From NCBI GenBank assembly GCA_905235605.1, contig CAJOMF010000012.1, positions 1 to 57,992 of the forward strand: 57,992 nt of DNA, written 5' to 3'. Source of the DNA: an uncultured bacterium (GTDB taxonomy: Bacteria > UBP6 > UBA1177). Shown one piece after another: positions 18,943 through 28,444 of this stretch (positions are counted from its first letter, which is position 1; the number at the start of each line of letters is the position of its first letter). The position numbers were made by a program, and so were the translations under genes. The notes beneath the pieces were generated by a model that did no database searches, was not told where the DNA came from, and was given only the letters and a program-made list of their open reading frames with translations.

Positions 18943-20025
18943 ATGAAAATCACTATTCTCGGGGGCTCGGGATTCCTCGGAACGCGCCTTGTTAAAAGGC
19001 TTCTCGACGCAGGACACGAAGTAAAAATTGCCGACAAAAGGAAAAGCAGAACTTATCCCGATCTTTGGATAAGGTGCGATATTCGCAACAAAGGCGATGA
19101 AACGAACGAATTTCCAGAATCTCTGACTGATGCAGCAGCCGCTCCAGGCCAGGCTGAAGAGGCAGCAAAGGCAATGCCGATGAAATCCTTGATCGAAGTT
19201 CTCGAAGACAGCGATGTCGTCATAAATCTTGCGGCTGAACACCGCGACGACGTAACGCCGAAATCGCTTTACGACGAAGTCAACGTCCAGGGCAGCGAAA
19301 ACATCTGCAATGCATGCACAAAGCTCGGGATCCGCAAGATAATCTTCACAAGTTCTGTCGCAGTCTACGGCTTCGCTCCTGCAGGAACTGACGAAAACGG
19401 TGAGATAAACTACTTCAACGACTACGGCCGCACGAAATATTTAGCCGAAGGAAAATACCGTGAATGGTTGCAAAACGACCCCGCAAACAATGCCGTTATT
19501 ATCCGTCCGACCGTTATTTTCGGCGAGCAGAACAGAGGCAACGTCTACAACCTTCTGCGGCAGATCGCAAACGGAAAATTCCCGATGGTCGGCAAAGGAA
19601 CGAACAGAAAAAGCATGAACTATGTCGAAAACGTAGCTGCTTTCATCGAGTACGAGATCACGCATGACACGGATTCCGGAGAGCACCTTTACAACTACTG
19701 CGACGAGCCGGCTTACGATATGAACAGTCTCGTTCTTGACTGCTACAAAGCGCTCGGCAAGAACAAAACGACGCTTTTCCACTGGCCTTACTCGTTGGCT
19801 TATTTCGGCGGTATATGCTTCGATCTTCTGGCGAAGATCCTGCACAAAAAACTGGTCATAAGTTCGATCCGGGTCAGAAAATTCACGCAGGATACCTATT
19901 TTGTCGGGAAAAACATCAAAAAAACCGATTTCGTTCCGCCGGTAACTCTGGCTGAAGGACTCAGAAGGACGATCGAATACGAATTCGTGAACAAAGTCGA
20001 AGGTCATACTTTCAGTTGTGAATAG
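18943..20025 (+). CDS. NAD-dependent epimerase, Gnu/Gne-like HexNAc 4-epimerase
   Basis: GGSGFLG, LAAEHRDDV, FTSSVAVYG, YGRTK and GEQNRGNVYNL motifs. Confidence 0.85.
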   Translation: MKITILGGSGFLGTRLVKRLLDAGHEVKIADKRKSRTYPDLWIRCDIRNKGDETNEFPESLTDAAAAPGQAEEAAKAMPMKSLIEVLEDSDVVINLAAEHRDDVTPKSLYDEVNVQGSENICNACTKLGIRKIIFTSSVAVYGFAPAGTDENGEINYFNDYGRTKYLAEGKYREWLQNDPANNAVIIRPTVIFGEQNRGNVYNLLRQIANGKFPMVGKGTNRKSMNYVENVAAFIEYEITHDTDSGEHLYNYCDEPAYDMNSLVLDCYKALGKNKTTLFHWPYSLAYFGGICFDLLAKILHKKLVISSIRVRKFTQDTYFVGKNIKKTDFVPPVTLAEGLRRTIEYEFVNKVEGHTFSCE

Positions 20026-20101
20026 TCTTATTTATTGACATTTTTCTTAAATTTGATATGTTTCCAGCTTGAATTTGTTTTTTGTTCTGGGAGAATAGAT
20101 A

Positions 20102-21418
20102 ATGTTTTCAAAATTGTATGACAAAATAGTAGCAGGAAAGGAAAAAATATCTTTAGTTGGTCTCGGTTATGTCGGAATGCCGATAGCTGTAGCTTTTGCG
20201 AGAAAAGTAAAAGTCGTCGGATTTGATCTGAATGCCGGTAAGATAGCTCTCTACAAGAAAGGAATCGATCCGACACATGAAGTCGGCGATGAAACAATAG
20301 CAAACACTACGGTCGAATTTACGTCTGACGAAACCAAACTGCGCGAGGCGAAGTTCCACATTGTTGCGGTTCCGACGCCGGTAAACGATGACCACACTCC
20401 AGATCTTTCACCGGTCGAAAGTGCAAGCACCATTCTTGGCCGCAACCTTGTCAAAGGCTCGGTCGTCGTGTTCGAATCAACGGTCCATCCAGGTGTGACG
20501 GAAGATGTCTGTGTTCCGATCCTTGAGCGCGAATCAGGACTCAAATGCGGGCGTGATTTCAAGATCGGATACTCGCCGGAACGGATCAATCCCGGTGATA
20601 AAGTGCATCGTTTGGAGACGATCACAAAAATCGTTTCGGGTATGGATGAAGAGACCTTGGACTGCGTCGCAAAAGTTTACGAACTTGTAGTCGAAGCGGG
20701 CGTCCACCGTGCGGAAAGCATAAAAGTCGCGGAAGCGGCAAAAGTAATAGAAAACAGCCAGCGCGACATCAACATCGCCTTTATGAACGAGCTTTCCATC
20801 ATATTCAACAAAATGGGGATCGACACCCAGTCTGTTCTTAGAGCTGCCGGAACGAAGTGGAATTTTCTCAAGTTTTATCCCGGTCTTGTCGGCGGTCACT
20901 GCATCGGAGTGGATCCTTATTACCTGACATACAAAGCCGAGAAGATCGGTTATCACAGCCAGATCATCCTCTCGGGCCGCAGGATCAACGATGATATGGG
21001 AAAATATGTTGCAGAAAGCTGCGTCAAAAATCTGATCGCCTCGGATAAAGCTGTCAGAAAGGCAAAAGTCGCAATCCTCGGCTTCACATTCAAAGAGAAC
21101 TGCCCGGATACGAGAAATACAAAAGTTATGGACATCGTTCACGAGCTGCGAGAATACGGCATAAATCCCGTTATAGCCGATCCTGAAGCCGACGCTGCCG
21201 AGGCAAAAGCTCTTTACGGAGTTGAATTCGCCGATATCAAGGACGTTAAAGGAATGGATGCCGTCATTATTGCTGTCGCTCACAAAGAGTTCAGCAATCT
21301 GAAAATGAAAACTGTTGATAAATTTTTCGGAAAAGGCAAAAAAGTTCTTCTTGATTTAAAAGGGCTTTTGAACCGCAAGGAATACGAGGAGGCCGGATAC
21401 AACTACTGGAGACTGTGA
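20102..21418 (+). CDS. UDP-N-acetylhexosamine 6-dehydrogenase (WbpO/TviB/CapL family)
   Basis: GLGYVG, SPERINPGD, ENSQRDINIA, GGHCIGVDPYYL and FKENCPD motifs. Confidence 0.92.
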   Translation: MFSKLYDKIVAGKEKISLVGLGYVGMPIAVAFARKVKVVGFDLNAGKIALYKKGIDPTHEVGDETIANTTVEFTSDETKLREAKFHIVAVPTPVNDDHTPDLSPVESASTILGRNLVKGSVVVFESTVHPGVTEDVCVPILERESGLKCGRDFKIGYSPERINPGDKVHRLETITKIVSGMDEETLDCVAKVYELVVEAGVHRAESIKVAEAAKVIENSQRDINIAFMNELSIIFNKMGIDTQSVLRAAGTKWNFLKFYPGLVGGHCIGVDPYYLTYKAEKIGYHSQIILSGRRINDDMGKYVAESCVKNLIASDKAVRKAKVAILGFTFKENCPDTRNTKVMDIVHELREYGINPVIADPEADAAEAKALYGVEFADIKDVKGMDAVIIAVAHKEFSNLKMKTVDKFFGKGKKVLLDLKGLLNRKEYEEAGYNYWRL

Positions 21419-21517
21419 TGGTAGCCCCCTCAGTCTGCTGTGTCTTGAGAATGCATGGATTTTTTAATAATTGAGTGTAATATTTTTAGGTGAGCGGTTG
21501 CAAAAATCGGAGGAAGC

Positions 21518-23092
21518 ATGGGAATTTATATCAATGCGGGTAACGAGAATTTAAGAATGGCTTTAAATTCGGAGATTTTTGTTGACAAGTCTTTGGTACT
21601 GCAAAAACTTTGCTCTCTATTGAATTCCACCCAGAGATTTATCTGTGTTTCGCGTCCGCGCCGATTCGGTAAGACAATGGTCCGTGATTTAATGGTTGCC
21701 TATTTTTCAAAAGGGTGTGATTCGAGAGAAATGTTCTCGGGTCTTAAAATTGCACAGGCTCCGTGCTTCGAAGATAATCTCAATAAATTCAATGTAATAG
21801 CGGTTGACTTGGGTGCGATTTACAATGCTGCGGCAAACAGAAACGATACAATTAAAACTCTTGAAAATTGGCTTAGAAAAGATTTCCGGGAAGAATACTC
21901 TGAAATTGAATTTTTGGATGAAGATCCGGTTGCAAGAATGATTCAAAAAGTTTACGATTCACGCAAAACACAATTCATTATAATCATTGACGAATACGAC
22001 ACTTTTATCCGTGAACGCCAAAGTGAAGCACTTGTTGAGGAATACCGCTCTTTCTTAAATTCCATCTTTAAAAACAATGAACTTTCACCAGCGATTGCGC
22101 TCGCATATTTGACCGGAATCCTGCCGATAGAGCGCGACAAAGTGCAATCAAAACTTAATAATTTCAATGAGTCCACCATTCTCAGCCCTATTGGTTTGGA
22201 AGAGTTTTTCGGTTTTACGAAAGCTGAAGTGAAAGCTCTTTGCAAAGAATACAAAATGAAATTCAAGGATTGTGAAAACTGGTATGACGGCTACAAAATC
22301 AATAAAATCAGCATCTACAACCCGAATTCTGTTGTTAAAGCGATGCAGGAGCACGAATATGCAAATTATTGGGCAAAAACAGGGTCTTACGAGGCTGTTT
22401 CGGACTATATCAAGCTCGACTACGACGGCACAAAAACGGCTGTGGTTGAAATGCTGTCAGGCAGGGAAGTTCCTGTAAATGTTGTCGATTTTAAAAATAA
22501 ACTGGATGAAATAAAGACTAAAGACCACGTTTTAACATATCTAATACACCTAGGCTACTTGAATTACGACAAAAAGACGGGGCTTTGCCGCATTCCGAAC
22601 AAAGAAATCAAGCAGGAGTGGGAATCGGCAATAAAAGACGCAGACAATTTTTCCAAAATAGCTGAAATGATAAGAAATTCAGATAATCTTCTGTATCTTA
22701 CTCAAAACGGGGTCGCGGAAGAAGTTGCCGCTGCTCTTGACAAAGCTCACACCGAAGTTTCAAGCGTTTTGAACTATAACTTTGAATCATCTCTTCAGGC
22801 TGCGATAATCCTTGCTTATTACACAGCCAAAACAAAATACACGATCATTCAGGAACTTCCTGCAGGATACGGTTTTGCCGACATAGGTTTTATCCCGCTT
22901 GACAAAAAAGATCCTGCAATGATCATCGAACTCAAATATGATAAAAATGCGAAAGCTGCAATTTCACAGATAAAAGATAAAAAATATCCGAAAGCCTTTG
23001 AAAACTACATCGACAATCTTCTTCTTGTTGCTGTAAATTATGACAAAACTACAAAGGTACACGAATGTGTGATTGAAAAATACGGGGAATAG
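21518..23092 (+). CDS. AAA-ATPase-like protein with C-terminal PD-(D/E)XK nuclease
   Basis: RPRRFGKT Walker A, IIDEYD, WYDGY, IPNKE and C-terminal ADI...IIELK motifs. Confidence 0.88.
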   Translation: MGIYINAGNENLRMALNSEIFVDKSLVLQKLCSLLNSTQRFICVSRPRRFGKTMVRDLMVAYFSKGCDSREMFSGLKIAQAPCFEDNLNKFNVIAVDLGAIYNAAANRNDTIKTLENWLRKDFREEYSEIEFLDEDPVARMIQKVYDSRKTQFIIIIDEYDTFIRERQSEALVEEYRSFLNSIFKNNELSPAIALAYLTGILPIERDKVQSKLNNFNESTILSPIGLEEFFGFTKAEVKALCKEYKMKFKDCENWYDGYKINKISIYNPNSVVKAMQEHEYANYWAKTGSYEAVSDYIKLDYDGTKTAVVEMLSGREVPVNVVDFKNKLDEIKTKDHVLTYLIHLGYLNYDKKTGLCRIPNKEIKQEWESAIKDADNFSKIAEMIRNSDNLLYLTQNGVAEEVAAALDKAHTEVSSVLNYNFESSLQAAIILAYYTAKTKYTIIQELPAGYGFADIGFIPLDKKDPAMIIELKYDKNAKAAISQIKDKKYPKAFENYIDNLLLVAVNYDKTTKVHECVIEKYGE

Positions 23093-23096
23093 AAAA

Positions 23097-23122
23097 ATGA
23101 ACATCCTCTTCATAAATTCAGT
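23097..23122 (+). pseudogene. 26-bp remnant of the 5' end of the MKLLFINSV glycosyltransferase
   Basis: ATGAACATCCTCTTCATAAATTCAGT vs ATGAAACTCCTCTTCATAAATTCAGT at 26036 and 27326; 19 bp identical. Confidence 0.7.
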
Positions 23123-23131
23123 GTTGGTGCG

Positions 23132-23214
23132 GACCTCTCAGGCGCTTTGCGCCAGCTCCCCTACCTCAGGGGAGTCGAAAATCGGTTTTGTAGAGACGTA
23201 ACCTGATGCGTCTC
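23132..23214. repeat. Composite REP-like hairpin element
   Basis: CTCCCCT-acctc-AGGGGAG hairpin and GTAGAGACG...CGTCTC hairpin; related copy in inverted orientation at 37972-38043. Confidence 0.7.
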
Positions 23215-23230
23215 AGAAGGAGATAAATAA

Positions 23231-24688
23231 ATGACACCGAACCTTAACATAATTGACACTGTTACGAACCTGATTTCGCTTCCGCACGAATACGAATGGC
23301 TCGATTTCAAGGAAAACTGGTTTTCAAAGGATGAAATCGGCGAATATATTTCCGCAATTTCCAACGGCGCGGCTTTGAGCGGACGGGAATACGGCTATAT
23401 TGTCTGGGGAGTGAGCGACAAATCGCATGAAATCACCGGAACAACGGTTAATTTCGACAAGGATATCAAGCACGAGCCTTACAAACATTATCTTGCACGC
23501 AACTTAAAGCCGAGTCTTGCGTTTGAAGTCGATGAGGCTGAAAATTCCGGCAAAAGAGTTGTTTTGCTGACTGTTCCTGCCGCGAAATCCGTTCCGACGA
23601 AATTCATGGATCAGACATTTATCCGTATTGGTTCAAGCAAAGAGAAACTTTCGAAATTTCCGGAATGGGAAATACGCCTGCTGAACGTGCTTTCAAACGG
23701 AATTCCTACTATCGTGAATACTGCCGCGCCTGATTACGCGCAGGATCTGACTTTTGAGAAACTTTTTTTGTATTACGGTGCAAAAGGGATCGAACTCAGG
23801 CGGGACACTTTTAAGAAAACGCTCAAACTGCTGACTGCGGACGGCCGCTACAACATAATGGCACTCCTGCTTGCCGATTCAAATGATATTCCGATCCGCG
23901 TTTCTGTTTTCAGCGGAAAAACCAAGGCTGACACTCTTTTTTCCGTGAAAGAATACGGAAATTCCTGCATTTTGTATTCAATGGATAAAATACTGGAATA
24001 CGGCGACGCGATAAACATCATTCAAGCTGACGAGCGCGGGCGGATTTCTGAACGCAAAGATGTTCCTCTTTTTGATTACGAGGCTTTTCACGAAGCACTT
24101 TTGAATGCTTTTATCCACAACAAATGGCTTGCAATGAATGCACCGATGATAAGCGTGTTCACCGACAGAATAGAAATCGTCTCCCACGGCGGGCTTGGAA
24201 TCGAACAAGATCTAGAAGGTTTTTATAATGGAGTCAGCATTCCCGTAAACGAAGCACTTGCCTCGATTTTCCTTCAGCTTAGGCTGAGCGAGCGTTCAGG
24301 ACGCGGTGTTCCGACAATCGTCAAGGCATACGGACGCGATTCAATCACTGTCAAAAAGAATTTTATCGTAGTCACAATTCCCTTCAACAAGATAGATGCC
24401 GCACCTTTTGAACTGAATGCCGGTGAGGAAGGGAATATAGAGGGAAATGAAAAAAGTAACGATAAAGTAGAAAATGTCATGGTAAATGACAGGGTAAATG
24501 TCATGGTAAATGACGCGGTAATAAAAATTATCCAAGAAAACCCAAATATAAATGTCATGGAAATTGCAAGAATTATTCAAAAATCAGAACGACAGGCAAG
24601 AAGAATTATTTCTGATTTAAAAAATGCCGGAATTATAAAACGAGTCGGAGCAGACAAAAACGGTCATTGGGAGGTTGTTGAAAAATGA
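23231..24688 (+). CDS. AlbA_2/Schlafen domain plus RecG-C-like (HATPase_c_4) and C-terminal HTH protein
   Basis: EWLDFKEN, ISAISN...YIVWGVSD, EALLNAFIH, ERSGRGV and RVGADKNGHWEV motifs. Confidence 0.85.
   Translation: MTPNLNIIDTVTNLISLPHEYEWLDFKENWFSKDEIGEYISAISNGAALSGREYGYIVWGVSDKSHEITGTTVNFDKDIKHEPYKHYLARNLKPSLAFEVDEAENSGKRVVLLTVPAAKSVPTKFMDQTFIRIGSSKEKLSKFPEWEIRLLNVLSNGIPTIVNTAAPDYAQDLTFEKLFLYYGAKGIELRRDTFKKTLKLLTADGRYNIMALLLADSNDIPIRVSVFSGKTKADTLFSVKEYGNSCILYSMDKILEYGDAINIIQADERGRISERKDVPLFDYEAFHEALLNAFIHNKWLAMNAPMISVFTDRIEIVSHGGLGIEQDLEGFYNGVSIPVNEALASIFLQLRLSERSGRGVPTIVKAYGRDSITVKKNFIVVTIPFNKIDAAPFELNAGEEGNIEGNEKSNDKVENVMVNDRVNVMVNDAVIKIIQENPNINVMEIARIIQKSERQARRIISDLKNAGIIKRVGADKNGHWEVVEK
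24473..24520 (+). repeat. 12-bp in-frame tandem repeat x4
   Basis: aatgtcatggta aatgacagggta aatgtcatggta aatgacgcggta, immediately before the HTH domain. Confidence 0.9.
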
Positions 24689-24824
24689 TTGCCAACTTCC
24701 TCATAAGAAAAAAATGTAATATTATTACATCTTTTTCTGATATAAATCACCAAATTTTAAAAAATCATGTAATTTCAATGTGTTTCACGCGCGAGATGTC
24801 TCAAATGGAGATAAGGAGTTAGGA

Positions 24825-26039
24825 TTGAAAGATATTCTGTTTTTGTGTCAGTTTTTCTATCCGGAATACAATTCTTCGGCAACATTGCCTTTTGATACTG
24901 CTAAATATCTGGCTTCCCACGGTTTTACGGTGGATGCGCTTGTGGGTTATCCGAAAGAGTACAGTGCAGATAAAAACACCAAGGTTAAAGAAACTGTTGA
25001 AGGTGTCGGCATCAGAAGATTGAAGTATCTTCAACTGAAACGCACAGGCACGATCGGTCGTTTGATCAATTATTTTTCATTTACGTTCATTGCTTTTTTA
25101 AACATTTTCCGTTTGAAAGGTTATAAGACAGTGATTGTCTATTCAAATCCGCCGGTTCTTCCGCTTGTTCCGATTATTGCAAAAAAACTGTTTGGCACGA
25201 AATTCGTATTTGTTGCTTACGATGTATATCCGGAAGTGGCCTATGCTTCTCAATCGCTTACTCCGACGAGCTTGATTAGCCGGGTTATGAATCTGATTAA
25301 CGGTATGCTTTACAAAAATGTTGATTGTGTCGTGACTCTCACTGATGAAATGAAGGATTTCCTTCTTAAAAACAGACCGGGATTAACTGCAGACCGCGTA
25401 ACTCCTATTGCAAACTGGGCGCATGAGAAGGAAAGTGCTCCTGACCATGAGGCTTACAAGCGTTTCGGATATAAGGATGATGATCAGTTTATAGTCTCAT
25501 ATTTCGGCAATATGGGAACCTGTCAGGATGTCGAAACTATGTTGGAAGCGGCTGAACTTTTGAAAGACGATGACAGAATCCGTTTTCTGTTTGTTGGACA
25601 CGGCAATAAAAAGGATGCAGTTGCTCTCAGAATGAAGGAACGCGGATTGAAAAACGTCCAACTCCTTAATTTCCTTACCGGAAAGGATTTCCAGCAGGCT
25701 GTTGCAATCAGTTCCTGCGCTATCGTCAGCCTTGAAAAAGGTCTCATCGGCACCTGTGCTCCAAGCAAATATTACAGTTATCTTCAAGGCGGTATGCCTG
25801 TTTTGACGGTAGTCGAAAAGGAAAGCTATTTGGCTAAGGAAGTCAGAGAAGAGAAGATCGGTCTCACTGTCGAGATTGGAGACGGAAAGGCCATGGCTGA
25901 TGCGATTGTTGATATGTTGGAACATCCGCAGGAATGTTCTGAAATGGGAAAACGCGCAAAGAAACTTTATTCTGAGAAATATTCGTATGAAATCGCTATG
26001 CAGAAGTATGGCGAAGTGATTGAAGGTTTGGTTAAATGA
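24825..26039 (+). CDS. GT4 glycosyltransferase, WbuB-like (candidate L-FucNAc transferase)
   Basis: QFFYPE, SNPP, DVYPE, YFGNMG..QD and PSKYYSYL motifs; TTG start after AAGGAG. Confidence 0.85.
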   Translation: MKDILFLCQFFYPEYNSSATLPFDTAKYLASHGFTVDALVGYPKEYSADKNTKVKETVEGVGIRRLKYLQLKRTGTIGRLINYFSFTFIAFLNIFRLKGYKTVIVYSNPPVLPLVPIIAKKLFGTKFVFVAYDVYPEVAYASQSLTPTSLISRVMNLINGMLYKNVDCVVTLTDEMKDFLLKNRPGLTADRVTPIANWAHEKESAPDHEAYKRFGYKDDDQFIVSYFGNMGTCQDVETMLEAAELLKDDDRIRFLFVGHGNKKDAVALRMKERGLKNVQLLNFLTGKDFQQAVAISSCAIVSLEKGLIGTCAPSKYYSYLQGGMPVLTVVEKESYLAKEVREEKIGLTVEIGDGKAMADAIVDMLEHPQECSEMGKRAKKLYSEKYSYEIAMQKYGEVIEGLVK

Positions 26040-26187
26040 AACTCCTCTTCATAAATTCAGTCTGCGGCATCGGCAGCACCGGTAGTATCTGCACCGATCT
26101 GGCGCAGGAATATGAAGCACAGGGGCATGAAGTGAAAATCGCTTACGGGCGTAACGCATTCGTTCCTGAAAAGTTCAGGAAATATGC
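26036..26187 (+). pseudogene. 5' fragment (~50 codons) duplicating the glycosyltransferase at 27326
   Basis: About 90% nucleotide match to 27326-27477, ending abruptly before the YhcG gene. Confidence 0.9.
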
Positions 26188-26207
26188 GGAGATTATAGGG
26201 GAAAATA

Positions 26208-27329
26208 ATGAGCAAAGAAATAATGAATTACGATGAAGATGTTAAAATCATAAAATCTGCGATTCTCGAATGCCAGCACAAAGTTGTAAGGCAGGCAAAC
26301 GGAGACCAGCTTTCCTTGTATTACGGAATAGGGCGCTATATTTCGTTCAAAACACGTAAAAACGCATGGGGAACAAATGCGATTGATACAATAAGCGACA
26401 AACTCAGGAAACAATTGCCCGGACTGCGAGGTTTTTCTGCGACAAATATGAAGTATATGCGTATTTTTTATGAGACTTGGTGCGAAACTGTAAATCGTCA
26501 GCCGTCGGCTGACGATTTGGAAAACGGAACTTCAGGCGATCTCATCCCGATAAATCTTTTGAATCAAAATTTTATTATTAATCTTGAGGAATTTACAGGC
26601 ATAAGCTTCACCCACCATGTCGAAATTTTTACAAAAGCCAAAACCTTGGAAGAACGTTTGTTCTATATTCATCAGGCATTTTTGCTGCGTTGGGATAAAT
26701 ACACGCTCAGAGATAATTTAAAAGCCGACGTTTTCCATAAACAAAGCAACCTGCCGAGCAATTTTTCTGCAACAATATCAGATTCAAGGCAAAGATTAAA
26801 GGCGATAGAGATGTTTCGCGATGAATATCTTTTGGATTTTGTAAATGTTGAAGAACTTGGTGAGCGTGACAAAGAAGATCTTGACGAAAGAATTGTTGAA
26901 AATTCAATAGTGCATAATTTAAAAAATTTCTTTATGACGTTTGGGCAGGATTTCACATTTATCGGCAATCAATACCGGATAGAATCATTAGGAAAGGAAC
27001 ATTTTATAGATTTGCTTTTTTACAACCGCGAACTCAGCTCTCTTGTAGCAGTCGAGCTGAAAAAAGGTGAATTTAAACCGTCCTATCTTGGTCAAATGAA
27101 TATTTATTTGCAACTGCTTGACGATTTCGTGAAAAAGCCGAATGAAAATCCGTCAATCGGAATAATTTTATGCCGCAGTGCGGACAAAACTTATGTCGAG
27201 TATGCAGTGCGTGATTATTCAAAGCCAATGGGTGTTGCAACATATAAGACTTTCTCTGATATGCCGGAAAAATTGCGAAAAGCTCTACCGAGTATTAAAG
27301 AAATTGAAAAAGAACTGGAGGCGAAATGA
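26208..27329 (+). CDS. YhcG/DUF1016 PD-(D/E)XK nuclease-domain protein
   Basis: GFSATNMKYMR.FY, Y.LDF, F.FIGNQY, IDLLFYNR, VELKKGEF and ENPSIGIILC motifs. Confidence 0.92.
   Translation: MSKEIMNYDEDVKIIKSAILECQHKVVRQANGDQLSLYYGIGRYISFKTRKNAWGTNAIDTISDKLRKQLPGLRGFSATNMKYMRIFYETWCETVNRQPSADDLENGTSGDLIPINLLNQNFIINLEEFTGISFTHHVEIFTKAKTLEERLFYIHQAFLLRWDKYTLRDNLKADVFHKQSNLPSNFSATISDSRQRLKAIEMFRDEYLLDFVNVEELGERDKEDLDERIVENSIVHNLKNFFMTFGQDFTFIGNQYRIESLGKEHFIDLLFYNRELSSLVAVELKKGEFKPSYLGQMNIYLQLLDDFVKKPNENPSIGIILCRSADKTYVEYAVRDYSKPMGVATYKTFSDMPEKLRKALPSIKEIEKELEAK
26492..26518. repeat. Perfect intragenic palindrome, 13-bp arms
   Basis: AAATCGTCAGCCG-T-CGGCTGACGATTT, encoding NRQPSADD. Confidence 0.95.
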
Positions 27330-28444
27330 AACTCCTCTTCATAAATTCAGTCTGCGGCATCGGCAGCACCGGTCGCATCTGCACTGACTTGGCGCAGGAA
27401 TATGAAGCACAGGGGCATGAAGTGAAAATCGCTTACGGCCGCAACGGTTATGTTCCTGAAAAGTTCAGGAAATATGCTGTCCGCATAGGCACTGATTTTG
27501 ATGTTAAGGTTCACGGAGTTATCTCTCGTCTTTTCGATGCGCACGGTCTCGGCTCGAAATCGGCGACAAAAAAATTCCTCGAATGGGCTGAAGAATACAA
27601 ACCTGATCTGCTTTGGCTGCACAACATTCACGGATATTATATCAACTATGAACTTCTGTTTGAGTGGATAAAAAAACATCCTGAAATGGAAGTAAAATGG
27701 ACGCTCCATGACTGCTGGACATTCACCGGTCACTGCTCCCACTTCACTTTTGCAGGATGCGGCAAATGGAAAACCCGGTGTGAAAACTGTCCGCAGGAAA
27801 AGTCTTATCCAACAAGTTTCTTTCTTGACCGCTCGAAAGAGAATTTTGACAGAAAAAAACAGGCATTCACCGGTGCCAAAAACATGACTTTGATAACTCC
27901 GTCAAAGTGGCTTGCGGACTTGGTGAAGCAGAGCTTTTTGAAGGAATATCCCGTTGAAGTGCGCTACAACACAATCGACACAAATATTTTTAAGCCGACT
28001 CCAAGTGATTTCCGTGAAAGATACGGATTGCAGAACAAAAAAATCGTGCTCGGTGTCGCTGGTGTGTGGAATGATAGAAAGGGTTTGAACGATTTTCTGT
28101 GGCTCTCTGAAAAACTGGATGATTCTTACCAGATCGTTCTTGTCGGTTTGTCTCAGAAACAACTTGATACTCTGCCGAAAAACATAATCGGCATAAGACG
28201 GACAAATAGCCCCAAAGAACTTGCTGAAATTTACACTGCCGCAGATGTTTTTGCGAACCCGACTTATGAAGATAATTATCCCACAACAAATCTTGAGGCA
28301 CAGGCTTGCGGAACACCGACAATAACTTATAGAACAGGCGGCAGCCCTGAAAGTGTGCCGACAGAAAATGTTGCGGAATATGGAAACAAAGAGCATGTGC
28401 TTGAGAAAATTAAGGTGGTCTTAGAAAAAAATAATGGAAAATAA
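27326..28444 (+). CDS. GT4 glycosyltransferase (WcaC-like)
   Basis: GSTGRI, LHNIHG, WTLHDCW.FTGHC and EDNYPTTNLEA motifs. Confidence 0.9.
   Translation: MKLLFINSVCGIGSTGRICTDLAQEYEAQGHEVKIAYGRNGYVPEKFRKYAVRIGTDFDVKVHGVISRLFDAHGLGSKSATKKFLEWAEEYKPDLLWLHNIHGYYINYELLFEWIKKHPEMEVKWTLHDCWTFTGHCSHFTFAGCGKWKTRCENCPQEKSYPTSFFLDRSKENFDRKKQAFTGAKNMTLITPSKWLADLVKQSFLKEYPVEVRYNTIDTNIFKPTPSDFRERYGLQNKKIVLGVAGVWNDRKGLNDFLWLSEKLDDSYQIVLVGLSQKQLDTLPKNIIGIRRTNSPKELAEIYTAADVFANPTYEDNYPTTNLEAQACGTPTITYRTGGSPESVPTENVAEYGNKEHVLEKIKVVLEKNNGK

Noticed and set aside
21416-21424. TGATGGTAG at the stops of both the dehydrogenase and wzx (35311)
   Set aside because: Only 9 bp including the stop codon; could be chance
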